A stretch of DNA of 43,727 nt from an uncultured Bacteroidales bacterium. Its GTDB lineage: Bacteria; Bacteroidota; Bacteroidia; Bacteroidales; ML635J-15. This document shows positions 6,714 through 16,455 of this stretch, piece after piece. How positions within the stretch are numbered: the stretch's first letter is position 1; the number at the start of each line of letters is the position of its first letter. The position numbers and the translations under genes were made by a program. The DNA is taken from the NCBI GenBank assembly GCA_964407055.1, contig CAYOUD010000002.1, positions 1 through 43,727 on the forward strand. Reading direction: 5' to 3'. A model generated the notes under the pieces. That model had not been told where the DNA came from, searched no databases, and saw only the letters and a program-made list of their open reading frames with translations.

Positions 6714-9194
6714 TTAAAATTGTTGTCCAATAATAAAGTGGAATTGAGCTCCATTCACACCTGTTTTACCTTCAATATTATCAAATCCATAGCCCCAATC
6801 CACACCAAGCATACCAATCATTGGCATATAAATGCGAACACCGAAACCAGCAGATCGTTTCAAATCGAAAGGATCATAGTCCTTAAAGTCATACCATGCA
6901 TTTCCTGCTTCAAGGAAAGCAATACCATAGAAAGTCGCTGTCGGATTCAATGACAAAGGATACCTCAATTCGAGACTAAATTTGTTGTAAATATTCCCTC
7001 CTGATTCGGGGGTCAGTGAATTATTGGTATATCCTCTCAACCCAATGGTTTCACGTCCGTAAAGGTTATAACCATAAAGTCCGTCACCACCCACCTGAAA
7101 ACCTTCAAACGGACTTGGTCCGACATCGCTGTTATAATGTGCGAGGAATCCAAATTCAAATTTTGAATTCAGGACAAGTGCTCTGCTTCCTCCGTCTTTC
7201 GAACCAAACAAAGTGGTAAACCAAGAACCCTTAAATTTCCATTTATGATATTCTATCCATTTATATTTTTCGGTAGGATCCATTGTTGTGTAATCTGCAG
7301 AGCTCATTAAAGAGAAGGGCGGGGTTAGCTCTATACTCATGCTCAAATCGCTTCCTCTGGTTGGAAAAATCGGATTTGGACCACTACTTTTCCTTCCGAA
7401 TACAGCTTTAAAATTGACGTTATTTGAGCTTCCATCTGAATAAATAAAACCTGACCATTGATAAATATTATAGTTTTTGTATCCTAATTCGGTGTATAGC
7501 GTAAAATAGTCATCCGGCCATTTTAAGCGTTGTCCCAGGCCCGCAGATGCACCAGTAACATAAAAGTGCTGTTCAGTACTATCAGAACCGTAAATTTGGC
7601 GCGAATTATATAACGAAACTGAAAGTGAGTTTGGTTTTTTACCACCCAGCCAAGGTTCCACAAAACTCACAGAATACGATTGGTAGAAAGGACCACTTGC
7701 CTGAGCCCGAAGGCTTAAACGCTGCCCGTCACCTGCAGGTAATGGTCTGTATGCTTTGGGATCAAAAAGTTTCTTGAGTGCAAAGTTATTAAATGTCAAG
7801 CCTAAGGTTCCGACAATCATTCCGGCGCCATATCCTCCGCTTAATTCAATTTGGTCAGACGGTTTTTCTTCAACAATGTATTCTAAATCAACGATGCCTC
7901 TTTCCTGATCTGGTTCAAAATTCACATTCAGTTTTTCAGGATCGAAATATCCGAGTTGCGCCAATTCCCGAATTGTCCGTTGAATTTCAGACCGTTTATA
8001 AAGTTCTCCTGGTCTGGAGCGGATTTCACGCATAATTACGTGGTCGTTAGTTCTTGTATTACCGTTTATGCTTACCCGGTTCACCCTAGCTTGCTTTCCT
8101 TCATAAACCTGCATTTCCAAATCAATGGAATCACCTTCTACGTTAACTTCAACTGGTGTAATATTTGAGAATAAATATCCATTATCCTGATAAAGCGAAA
8201 AGACTCCAGCCTCACCGAGCAATCGCTCTTCGAGAAACGTTTGATTATAAATATCTCCGGCTTCAATACCTAAAGCCATTGTGAGTTGTTTGTCTGTATA
8301 TTTCGTATTTCCAGTCCAGTCAATATTACGGAAGAAGTATTGTTTTCCCTCGTCAATAACCAATTTTAAACCAATTGTTTTTTCATCCTCATCATAAATC
8401 GAATCCTTAACAATTTTTGCATCCCGAAATCCTTCTTCGTTATATTTCCGAATGACATTTCGTTTATCTTCTTCAAAGTCTGATGCAATAAATTTCGAGG
8501 CTTTATAAAATCTCCACCATGCTTTTTCCTTAGTATTTTTCATGGTTCTGCGGATTTTCCCGTCCTCTAGTTTTTCATTTCCGACAATGTTCAGTTCTTC
8601 GATTTTTATTTTTTCTTTTTTATCGATATTAATAAAAAGAATGATTGAATTTGGCAAGCTTGTATCTTGTTCCTGCTGTACATTCACTTCAACATTTAGG
8701 AATCCTTTATCAACAAAATAATCTTTTACGCCTTTATCAATTTTCATCAAGATATTTTCTGTCACCTGCAATCCTTGAACGAGTTTTAAATTTTCGCGTA
8801 AATCATCCGCTTCGCCTTTTTTCACTCCTTTAAAGGAAAATTTGGAAAGTCGTGGACGCTCCGCCAGCTCTATATTAAGAAATATTCGATTATTAATAAC
8901 CCGATCCGCTACAATTTTAATGTCAGAAAACAAACCCTGCTCCCATAGTTTTTCAATCGCCTGAGTAATATCTTCACCAGGAACCATAACGGTATCGCCA
9001 ACTTGCAGACCCGTTAAATGAATCAAGACAACCGGATCCAGATATTTTACTCCCAGCACTTGAATACCACCAATTTCATATTCTTTAGGATTTGAGTAAT
9101 CAACTTTTGACAGTTCGTTCTGAATAGAAATCTGGGCGAAGGAGCTTAAGCTCAATCCCAGTAAAATTACGATGTTAAATAAGAGTTTCTTCAT
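6714..9194 (-). CDS. bamA: outer membrane protein assembly factor BamA
   Basis: 826 aa. Signal peptide, repeated POTRA-like segments (for example IEELNIVGNEKL, RNIDWTGNTKYT, VNRVSINGNTRTNDHVIMREI). C-terminal Omp85 barrel ending ...FHFIIGQQF. Confidence 0.95.
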   Translation of the reverse strand: MKKLLFNIVILLGLSLSSFAQISIQNELSKVDYSNPKEYEIGGIQVLGVKYLDPVVLIHLTGLQVGDTVMVPGEDITQAIEKLWEQGLFSDIKIVADRVINNRIFLNIELAERPRLSKFSFKGVKKGEADDLRENLKLVQGLQVTENILMKIDKGVKDYFVDKGFLNVEVNVQQEQDTSLPNSIILFINIDKKEKIKIEELNIVGNEKLEDGKIRRTMKNTKEKAWWRFYKASKFIASDFEEDKRNVIRKYNEEGFRDAKIVKDSIYDEDEKTIGLKLVIDEGKQYFFRNIDWTGNTKYTDKQLTMALGIEAGDIYNQTFLEERLLGEAGVFSLYQDNGYLFSNITPVEVNVEGDSIDLEMQVYEGKQARVNRVSINGNTRTNDHVIMREIRSRPGELYKRSEIQRTIRELAQLGYFDPEKLNVNFEPDQERGIVDLEYIVEEKPSDQIELSGGYGAGMIVGTLGLTFNNFALKKLFDPKAYRPLPAGDGQRLSLRAQASGPFYQSYSVSFVEPWLGGKKPNSLSVSLYNSRQIYGSDSTEQHFYVTGASAGLGQRLKWPDDYFTLYTELGYKNYNIYQWSGFIYSDGSSNNVNFKAVFGRKSSGPNPIFPTRGSDLSMSIELTPPFSLMSSADYTTMDPTEKYKWIEYHKWKFKGSWFTTLFGSKDGGSRALVLNSKFEFGFLAHYNSDVGPSPFEGFQVGGDGLYGYNLYGRETIGLRGYTNNSLTPESGGNIYNKFSLELRYPLSLNPTATFYGIAFLEAGNAWYDFKDYDPFDLKRSAGFGVRIYMPMIGMLGVDWGYGFDNIEGKTGVNGAQFHFIIGQQF

Positions 9195-9208
9195 TCCTTC
9201 TTCGCTTG

Positions 9209-9949
9209 CTACAATTGTTCACTGGTTTTTCCAAACCGTCTCTCGCGTGATTGATAATCAATAATGGCTTTATACAATTCCTTTTCTTTGAAATCAGGCC
9301 ATAATGTATCAGTAAAATATAATTCGGCATATGCCATTTGGAAAAGCAGATAATTACTTAATCTCATTTCTCCACTGGTACGAATAATCAATTCGGGATC
9401 AGGCATATTTTTGGTTGACAAATAGGATTTAAACATATCAATATCTAAATCCTGTATTGCTATATTGTTTTGTTTTACGTCGTTTGCAAATGCTTTGGCT
9501 GCCTGAACAATGTCCCATTGTCCGGAATATGATAATGCCAAGGTCAAGCACATACGTTTTCCGTCGCTCGTATTTTGAATTGTTTTTTGCAGTTTTGCAC
9601 TTACTTTTTCTGGTAACCGGTCTAAGTCTCCGATGGCGTTTAATCGAATTCCATTATCTTTTAATGTAGAAAACTCGGCTTCTAAACTATCCACTAAAAG
9701 ATTCATCAGACCACTTACTTCATCGCCGGGACGTTTCCAGTTTTCAGATGAAAATGCGAAAACGGTTAAATAATTCACTCCAAGTTCTGCGGCGGCTTTG
9801 GTCACCTCTCGCACAGCTTTTGCACCACTCCTATGTCCTAATAAGCGAATACCCCCTCTTTTTTTTGCCCAGCGACCGTTACCGTCCATAATAATGGCAA
9901 TGTGCTGAGGTAATCGGGAGACATCTATATGTTTTTTTAAATCTGACAT
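9209..9949 (-). CDS. uppS: isoprenyl transferase (undecaprenyl-diphosphate synthase)
   Basis: 246 aa. Motifs HIAIIMDGNGRWA, LTVFAFSSENWKRP, IRTSGEMRLSNYLLFQMAYAELYF and ERRFG. Confidence 0.95.
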   Translation of the reverse strand: MSDLKKHIDVSRLPQHIAIIMDGNGRWAKKRGGIRLLGHRSGAKAVREVTKAAAELGVNYLTVFAFSSENWKRPGDEVSGLMNLLVDSLEAEFSTLKDNGIRLNAIGDLDRLPEKVSAKLQKTIQNTSDGKRMCLTLALSYSGQWDIVQAAKAFANDVKQNNIAIQDLDIDMFKSYLSTKNMPDPELIIRTSGEMRLSNYLLFQMAYAELYFTDTLWPDFKEKELYKAIIDYQSRERRFGKTSEQL

Positions 9950-9964
9950 AAATTCCTTACAAAA

Positions 9965-10717
9965 TTAATCATATGCATGACATACCAAACCACTAATTCG
10001 AAAAGCATATGACAATGTGATTCCGGCATATGAATACCAGTCATCATTAGTAATAAATCCCAATTGCTTATATCGATTGGAAGTTGTCACAGGGACTCTT
10101 GCTTCGTCATAAATATCGTAGTCTTCGCCTGTAACATCATCCAACATATCTGTATTTGTTTTTCGAAAAGCCCATTCAGCGCCAAAAACAATTCGCTCAG
10201 TTAAATTAATTTTAATTCCAACGGCTCCGGGAATGACCAGTGCAAATTTATTTTGGGCATCGGCGGTATAGCATGCTCCAATACCCAAATCAATATACGG
10301 AGTAAAAAATTTCTTTTTCACTTCCCCAATTTCATAAATAAGGAAATTAAATTCAACCTGAACTGCTCCCTCAGTAAGTTGGGTTTCGAATGCGTGATTT
10401 CTAAGATTTTGATATTGCCATCTTGAATTTGCATCGTCACCTTGGACATGAGAATAGAATGCGCCAAATTTCAATGCGACCCGCGAATTAAAGTGTTGTT
10501 TATAAAATGCTCCATAATTTAATCTGGGGGAATAAAAGTGCTCTGTCCAATTTAATTCTCCGAGATAATAGGTTCCTCCGAAATGCACTCCAATTTCGCC
10601 ATATTGCTGTGAAGATGCAGGAGTTGCCAAGCATAAAAAAACAAATAGCCCCGAAATACTTCGGGACATTTGATTTAATATTTTGCTTTTAAGAATTGTC
10701 TTAATCATCTTTTTCAC
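9965..10717 (-). CDS. outer-membrane beta-barrel protein (DUF6089-like)
   Basis: 250 aa. Signal peptide and alternating aromatic/hydrophilic strand pattern. Shares the motifs GGT..LGEL, GDDA and RN..F with the neighbouring ORF. Start codon uncertain (several N-terminal Met). Confidence 0.65.
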   Translation of the reverse strand: MKKMIKTILKSKILNQMSRSISGLFVFLCLATPASSQQYGEIGVHFGGTYYLGELNWTEHFYSPRLNYGAFYKQHFNSRVALKFGAFYSHVQGDDANSRWQYQNLRNHAFETQLTEGAVQVEFNFLIYEIGEVKKKFFTPYIDLGIGACYTADAQNKFALVIPGAVGIKINLTERIVFGAEWAFRKTNTDMLDDVTGEDYDIYDEARVPVTTSNRYKQLGFITNDDWYSYAGITLSYAFRISGLVCHAYD

Positions 10718-10787
10718 AGCTCAACCTTACGAATGTCGCACTAAAAACGAAACAGCAAAAGAAATAGTATTTTCGACTGTGATTTTT

Positions 10788-11672
10788 TTAGAATTTCGGC
10801 AAACCACGACCTCTAGGACGCAATTTATATGTCACATTCAGTGTGAGGAACATATATGAATCATTATATCGTGAATCTCCTCTCTGATTGTAAGCTGCAG
10901 CACCTGCCCAATCGTCAGAACGATCTGCCAAAGCTTGTGCAACCGGGTCAGCAAATAAAGCGGGATCAACATACGTTGTACTCACATCGTCAATATAATC
11001 TGTCATTGCATATCGTGCACCATACTCGAACCCAACTCCCCAGTTTCTGTCAATAAGGAAATTCATTCCGAATCCGACAGGAATTGACCATGAGATTCTG
11101 GAATATTTATCACGAGTTGAAACTAAGCCTTGCCCTTCTGTGCCAAGTGGTTGCAAAGCAACCCATTCCCCATTGTATTTTGCTTTGGGATTAAACCAAA
11201 ACCCGTTAATTCCGGTAAATACGTACAAACTAGGTGTATTTCCTTTTCCTCGGATACGGCGTAAATCGTAACGGTGTCCAAATTTTTCTTTAATGATATT
11301 ATATTCAATATTTCCACCCAGCTCAACGATTGGTGATCTGAAGGACAAATTTCTTGCCTTTCGGTGAAAGTCATCAGTTGTGGCATCATCACCATACAAC
11401 CAGCCATAAGACATTTCAACTTTAACTGAAAATGAGGGATTCAGTTTATAGCGATACCCAGCATGAAAAGCAGGACGTGTATAATTTATTTCAAAATCGC
11501 GAACAAAGTGAGATCCCACTTGACCAGCACCTCCAAGTTCGCCAAGAAAACTGGTTCCTCCTACTCCAAGAATCACTTCTTGGCGTAATTGACGCCATTG
11601 TGAGCCAAATTGTGCCTGCACAGATGTGCCAGCCAATCCGAAAATTATAAATGCAATAAAGAGCTGTTTCAT
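10788..11672 (-). CDS. outer-membrane beta-barrel protein (DUF6089-like paralogue)
   Basis: 294 aa. Signal peptide MKQLFIAFIIFGLAGTSVQAQ, motifs GGTSFLGELGG, YGDDA and ARNLSFRS. C-terminal ...GLPKF with a terminal Phe. Confidence 0.65.
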   Translation of the reverse strand: MKQLFIAFIIFGLAGTSVQAQFGSQWRQLRQEVILGVGGTSFLGELGGAGQVGSHFVRDFEINYTRPAFHAGYRYKLNPSFSVKVEMSYGWLYGDDATTDDFHRKARNLSFRSPIVELGGNIEYNIIKEKFGHRYDLRRIRGKGNTPSLYVFTGINGFWFNPKAKYNGEWVALQPLGTEGQGLVSTRDKYSRISWSIPVGFGMNFLIDRNWGVGFEYGARYAMTDYIDDVSTTYVDPALFADPVAQALADRSDDWAGAAAYNQRGDSRYNDSYMFLTLNVTYKLRPRGRGLPKF

Positions 11673-11732
11673 ATTTTATTTATTTAATTCACAAACATAT
11701 AACAAAATGAGATGTTCGATATTAAGTTGAAA

Positions 11733-12611
11733 TTAATTCCTAATATCCACCCCCCACATTAATTTTTTCTGCAATGTGCTAAAGTAGTTAATATTAAATA
11801 ACTTTACAAGATTAATTTGAAAATTTGCTTTTTTTATCAAAATTTCATCTCTAAACACCCGATGTACAGAGCGATAGTCGAGCGATAATTTTGTAGATTC
11901 TCTTTTTTCCTCAAGTTTTAATCGTATGCTTCCCTTGTCAGATAAAACTAAGGGTCGAACAGTAAGATTGTGTGGTGCAATCGGTGTAATAATAAAGCTT
12001 TCACTTGCCGGATGAACAATTGGTCCTCCACAGGATAGTGAATATGCAGAGGATCCGGTAGGAGTGCTTACAATCAGTCCATCAGACCAATATGTATTAA
12101 TAAATTCATCGTTATACCAGGCATGGATTTTTATCATCGATGAACTTGCATGTTTTTGGAGGGCAACTTCATTTAATGCAAAATTAATTCCCTCAAAGTC
12201 ATCTTGTCCTGTCTCAATTTCTAATAAAGAGCGTTTTTCAAGACAATATTCGTTACTCATAATTTGATTTAATGCCTGAGGGATCATGTCGACAGAAACA
12301 TTCGACAAAAATCCTAATCTCCCACTGTTTATTCCCAAAATCGGAATTTCTTTGTCCTTAACAAAAGTCACAGTTTCCAGCAAGGTTCCATCGCCACCAA
12401 TGGAGATCATCATGTCAATTGCCTTTAAGTCAGATTCATGACAAAATGTTGCTGCACAGTCCGGATTGTAATGTACTTTTTCACGAATAAAATCAGCAAA
12501 TGGCTCATAGATAACATAAGTAACCTTATGCTTTTTTAATTCTTCAAATATCTGAATAATACTACCATTAAATGATTTATTAAATCGTCTCCCGTAAATT
12601 GCAACTTTCAT
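11733..12611 (-). CDS. nadK: NAD kinase
   Basis: Motifs ISIGGDGTLL, GINSGRLGFL and STPTGSSAYSLSCGGPIV. I chose the ATG at 12611 (MKVAIYGRR), one base after the upstream stop at 12613-12615. The track ORF extends to 12659. Confidence 0.93.
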   Translation of the reverse strand: MKVAIYGRRFNKSFNGSIIQIFEELKKHKVTYVIYEPFADFIREKVHYNPDCAATFCHESDLKAIDMMISIGGDGTLLETVTFVKDKEIPILGINSGRLGFLSNVSVDMIPQALNQIMSNEYCLEKRSLLEIETGQDDFEGINFALNEVALQKHASSSMIKIHAWYNDEFINTYWSDGLIVSTPTGSSAYSLSCGGPIVHPASESFIITPIAPHNLTVRPLVLSDKGSIRLKLEEKRESTKLSLDYRSVHRVFRDEILIKKANFQINLVKLFNINYFSTLQKKLMWGVDIRN

Positions 12612-12612
12612 G

Positions 12613-14010
12613 CTAAAAGGTTTTATAAATGGGTGTTCGAATTGTTGCAAATATACCAAAAGCTTTTTGATTTGTCACCGCAACATGAAAACCAATGCTT
12701 CTGTCATAATATGTCACAAAATCGAGACCTACTCCACTACTGTAAAGAAGCTTATTTTCAAGCCCTTGATCCCAAAGTGAAGACTGATTGCTGTTTACAT
12801 ATGCAAGGTCAAAAAAGCCATAACAATACACTGAAAAAGCAAAGGGTTTAAACTGCTCAATCGGAATAATTTCGTTAAACATCGCTTTGGATTGAAAAAC
12901 TTTAAGGCGTAAGGTTTCATTCAATCCATAAATTGCATTTCCCAAAACCATTCGATATTCAAATCCTCTCGGATAATAATCATAACCAAGCATACTTGCA
13001 AAGATAAACGGCACATGCGATTCATTCATCAAATGTGCGGAAATATAGGCTTCCGATGCCAAACTTAATTGTGGATTTAGCGGCAGGAAATAATCGAAAT
13101 TCAGTTTTGCCATAAGCAAATTCACACCGGAGCGCATTGCCCCTATTCCATATTTCTCAACGCTTACAGATAAAAAATACCCATCAGTTGGATAGTATCT
13201 AACATCACGAAAATCGATGTCATACTTAAGATAGAATGACAAAAATGATGATTGATTATTTTGTTGAAACAGATAATTTGTGGCGACAGTATCCAGCCCA
13301 TCTCCTATTTGAAAATTTCGATATTCAGCCATGAACTTGATACGCTGGTACAAATCCGGACGGTAATGGTAAATAATTCGGAAACGATTCTCTGACAAAA
13401 GATTTTCTTGGTCATCAAAAAGACACATAGGAAGGTTGTCTTCAATCGTATATAAAACTTTTGATTGCTGAAATCTGTCTGCGGAAATTTGAAATCCATG
13501 CTTCCCGTGTTTGTCAAGTGCCGGATTATCGTACATAAAACCCAATTGAGATCGGTATCCAAACCGCATTTTTAGCTTCAAAAATTCATTTCGCCCCCGG
13601 AAATTGTGTTTTTCAAAACTCAATCCGTAATTTACACGCCGCCAATCCCGGGCGTTTAAAAATGATGCAAAATTTCTATCGGCATGTTCAAGAATCGGAT
13701 AAACCCAGTAATACCAACGTTCATTAAGATCAACTATTAGTACAATTTGCTCACCTGCAATTTCAAAACCCAAATTAACATTTACAAAAAGGGAGGTATT
13801 TTCAAGTCGTTGACATGCGCCTTCAGCCCATTCTGAAAACCCACCTGCGGGCATTTCATCACCCACAGAGATTCCAAGTTCGTTTAGAATAATTTGCTCC
13901 TGCGTTTGCTTATTCCCATTAATGACAATTTGCCTAACAATTTGTGCATTGACATTAATTGCAGAAATTGAAGCTGCTAAAACAATAATACAAATTATAA
14001 ATTTTCCCAT
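12613..14010 (-). CDS. Omp85/BamA-like outer membrane protein with a single POTRA-like segment
   Basis: 465 aa. Signal peptide, POTRA-like IVINGNKQTQEQIILNELGISVGDEM, then a long aromatic-rich beta-strand region ending ...RTPIYKTF (terminal Phe). Confidence 0.7.
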   Translation of the reverse strand: MGKFIICIIVLAASISAINVNAQIVRQIVINGNKQTQEQIILNELGISVGDEMPAGGFSEWAEGACQRLENTSLFVNVNLGFEIAGEQIVLIVDLNERWYYWVYPILEHADRNFASFLNARDWRRVNYGLSFEKHNFRGRNEFLKLKMRFGYRSQLGFMYDNPALDKHGKHGFQISADRFQQSKVLYTIEDNLPMCLFDDQENLLSENRFRIIYHYRPDLYQRIKFMAEYRNFQIGDGLDTVATNYLFQQNNQSSFLSFYLKYDIDFRDVRYYPTDGYFLSVSVEKYGIGAMRSGVNLLMAKLNFDYFLPLNPQLSLASEAYISAHLMNESHVPFIFASMLGYDYYPRGFEYRMVLGNAIYGLNETLRLKVFQSKAMFNEIIPIEQFKPFAFSVYCYGFFDLAYVNSNQSSLWDQGLENKLLYSSGVGLDFVTYYDRSIGFHVAVTNQKAFGIFATIRTPIYKTF

Positions 14011-14675
14011 TAAACATTCAGGTAACTAAGAAACGACTCGTATCTTTCTCTAAACAAACGATTTTCAGCGTCATCACTCAAATATGATTCCTTAATATTA
14101 TAATCAAAACGCACAAAGCTTTGTAGCATTGCTGACAAATCGTTTACATTAAGTTTCAAGGTAATATTCAGTAATGTAGAATACTCATTCCCACTCACAA
14201 AAAGGCTTAAAACCTTTGCATTATTTTCTTCAACGATACGACTGATTTCGGAAAGCGAATAATCGTGAATTCCAACTTCCAGCACAATAATTCCTCCGGG
14301 CTGGTCAGCAGCAGTAATTTTCGCGTAATTTTGAGCTAAATCCTGCAAAGTAATCACCCCCAAATAGGTTTTATCCGTGTTTAAAACCGGAATTACACTT
14401 AATTTCATTTTAGAGACAATGTCCACCAGTTCCCAAATATGCTGCGAATCAAACACATAAGGTCTAATCAAGCTTAACTTGTGATTTCCAATGGGTTCAT
14501 CCCCACAATTCAAATCATAAATATCAGATTCAGAAATAAGTCCTAAAAAATCCTGATTATTAACAATTGGCAGATGTGAAACTTTGAAAAACTCCATCCA
14601 TTGGAGCGCTTTATTTCCGGAATCAGACGTTTTAACTGAAGGCACAACTGTTGATATCAAATTTATCGCTAACAT
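14010..14675 (-). CDS. CBS-domain pair protein
   Basis: Two CBS-like units (HLPIVNNQDFLGLISESDIY and VIPVLNTDKTYLGVITLQDL). I chose the ATG at 14675 (MLAINLIST); the track ORF extends to 14723. Its stop TAA at 14010-14012 overlaps the next ATG at 14008-14010. Confidence 0.8.
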   Translation of the reverse strand: MLAINLISTVVPSVKTSDSGNKALQWMEFFKVSHLPIVNNQDFLGLISESDIYDLNCGDEPIGNHKLSLIRPYVFDSQHIWELVDIVSKMKLSVIPVLNTDKTYLGVITLQDLAQNYAKITAADQPGGIIVLEVGIHDYSLSEISRIVEENNAKVLSLFVSGNEYSTLLNITLKLNVNDLSAMLQSFVRFDYNIKESYLSDDAENRLFRERYESFLSYLNV

Positions 14676-14832
14676 AATATTCGTTCGTTTATATGACAAA
14701 ATCAAACACAAATTACTGTCCAATTTTGATTAACATGTAAATATAAAACTATTTATCCAAAAGAAAAGCACGAATATTTTCAATCCAATAATAAAGCCAT
14801 TTTTTTGCACTAAATTATTCATCCGCATTCTG

Positions 14833-14840
14833 TATCTTTG
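14833..14840 (+). promoter_or_regulatory. candidate Bacteroidota -7 promoter box for pdxJ
   Basis: TATCTTTG matches TAnnTTTG, 32 nt upstream of the pdxJ ATG. The nearest upstream TTTG is 25 nt away, which is longer than the canonical 19-21 nt. Confidence 0.4.
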
Positions 14841-14871
14841 CAAAAATAAGACTTAGAAATAGAAAATTAAT

Positions 14872-15597
14872 ATGACACAATTAAGCGTAAACATTAATAA
14901 AATTGCTACCATTCGCAATGCACGCGGAGGCAATTATCCGAATGTTGCAGAAGCAGCCAAAAACTGTGAACGCTTTGGCGCTCAAGGGATTACAGTACAC
15001 CCAAGGCCAGATCAACGCCATATCCGCTATAGCGATGTACACGAAATTAAACCACTGATTACAACAGAGTTTAATATTGAAGGCTATCCGAATGAAGCCT
15101 TTTTACAATTAATAGAGGTCGTTAAACCCGATCAGGTAACCTTGGTTCCTGACCCACCGAATGTACTGACATCAAATGCCGGCTGGGACACAAAAACCCA
15201 TCAAAGTTTCTTGAAAACTGTGATTGCTCGCATTCATAAAGCCGGAAGCAGATGTTCAATTTTTGTGGATACTGATCTGCAAAACACAGAATACGCGGTA
15301 CAGTGTGGTACTGATCGCATTGAAATGTACACAGAACCTTACGCCGAAAATTATGAAAAAGACAGAGATCTGGCGATAACGCCCTTTGTTGAAACTGCAA
15401 AACTTGCACAATCTCTCGGATTAGGAATTAATGCAGGTCATGATTTAAGCTTGGAAAATTTGGCATGGTTCAGTAAAAACATTCCCTTTTTAGATGAAGT
15501 TTCCATCGGACATGCACTCATCTCAGATGCACTGTATTACGGACTTGAAAACACAATTCAAATGTATCTGCGTCAACTAAATCAAGGCACAGAATAA
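14872..15597 (+). CDS. pdxJ: pyridoxine 5'-phosphate synthase
   Basis: 241 aa. [29 protein letters not shown] and GINAGHDL match PdxJ signatures. Confidence 0.95.
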   Translation: MTQLSVNINKIATIRNARGGNYPNVAEAAKNCERFGAQGITVHPRPDQRHIRYSDVHEIKPLITTEFNIEGYPNEAFLQLIEVVKPDQVTLVPDPPNVLTSNAGWDTKTHQSFLKTVIARIHKAGSRCSIFVDTDLQNTEYAVQCGTDRIEMYTEPYAENYEKDRDLAITPFVETAKLAQSLGLGINAGHDLSLENLAWFSKNIPFLDEVSIGHALISDALYYGLENTIQMYLRQLNQGTE

Positions 15598-15646
15598 ACA
15601 AGCGGAAAAGTTAATTGTTAGTTTCATATCAAAAAGAAATTGATAC

Positions 15647-16453
15647 ATGGAACTATTTTATCAAGAATTTGGAGAACAAAACCCTGAACCACTTATTATA
15701 CTGCACGGATTATACGGCAGTTCGGACAATTGGCTAAGTTTAGGAAAGCGATTTTCAGAAAACTACAGGGTAATTATTCCGGATTTAAGAAATCACGGGC
15801 AATCTCCGCATAGCGACATTCACAGTTTTCCGGCAATGACAGAAGATTTATTTGAGATTTTCAAAAAACTTAATATTAAAAAAGCCAATCTTCTCGGACA
15901 TTCTATGGGAGGAAAACTCGCCATGTTTTTCACGAGTGAATATCCGGACTTTGTTCAGCGGCTGGTTATTGCAGACATTTCACCACGTGCATACAGCGAT
16001 GAAAAAAATGCACCGAATGCAAGTTTCCACAAAGCACTTATGGAAAGTTTGTTAAGCGTTGACATGAATAAATTAGATGACTATGCTGCTGCGGAAGATG
16101 CATTATCAGAAGCAATCAGTGACAAACGTTTGCGACAATTCATGATGAAGAATCTCCGTAAAACGGACAAAGGCATGGAATGGCAAATTAATTTACCGGT
16201 GCTAAAAAACCAACTTTCGGCGATAATGGAAGGACTCTATCCGGAAGATTTTAACAGCATGAAAATTAAAACGCCGAGTTTGTTTCTACGTGGAGAAAAT
16301 TCAGATTATATTCCGCTTGGAGATTTTAATTTGATTCAGCACATTTTTCCCAACTCACGGATACTGACAATTCCTAATGCAGGACACTGGCTGCATGCTG
16401 AACAACCGGATTTATTATATCGCAATGTTCAATATTTTTTAACAACAGAATAA
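15647..16453 (+). CDS. alpha/beta-fold hydrolase
   Basis: 268 aa. HGLYGS oxyanion region, nucleophile elbow GHSMGG and C-terminal GHWLHAEQP. Confidence 0.85.
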   Translation: MELFYQEFGEQNPEPLIILHGLYGSSDNWLSLGKRFSENYRVIIPDLRNHGQSPHSDIHSFPAMTEDLFEIFKKLNIKKANLLGHSMGGKLAMFFTSEYPDFVQRLVIADISPRAYSDEKNAPNASFHKALMESLLSVDMNKLDDYAAAEDALSEAISDKRLRQFMMKNLRKTDKGMEWQINLPVLKNQLSAIMEGLYPEDFNSMKIKTPSLFLRGENSDYIPLGDFNLIQHIFPNSRILTIPNAGHWLHAEQPDLLYRNVQYFLTTE

Positions 16454-16455
16454 TC

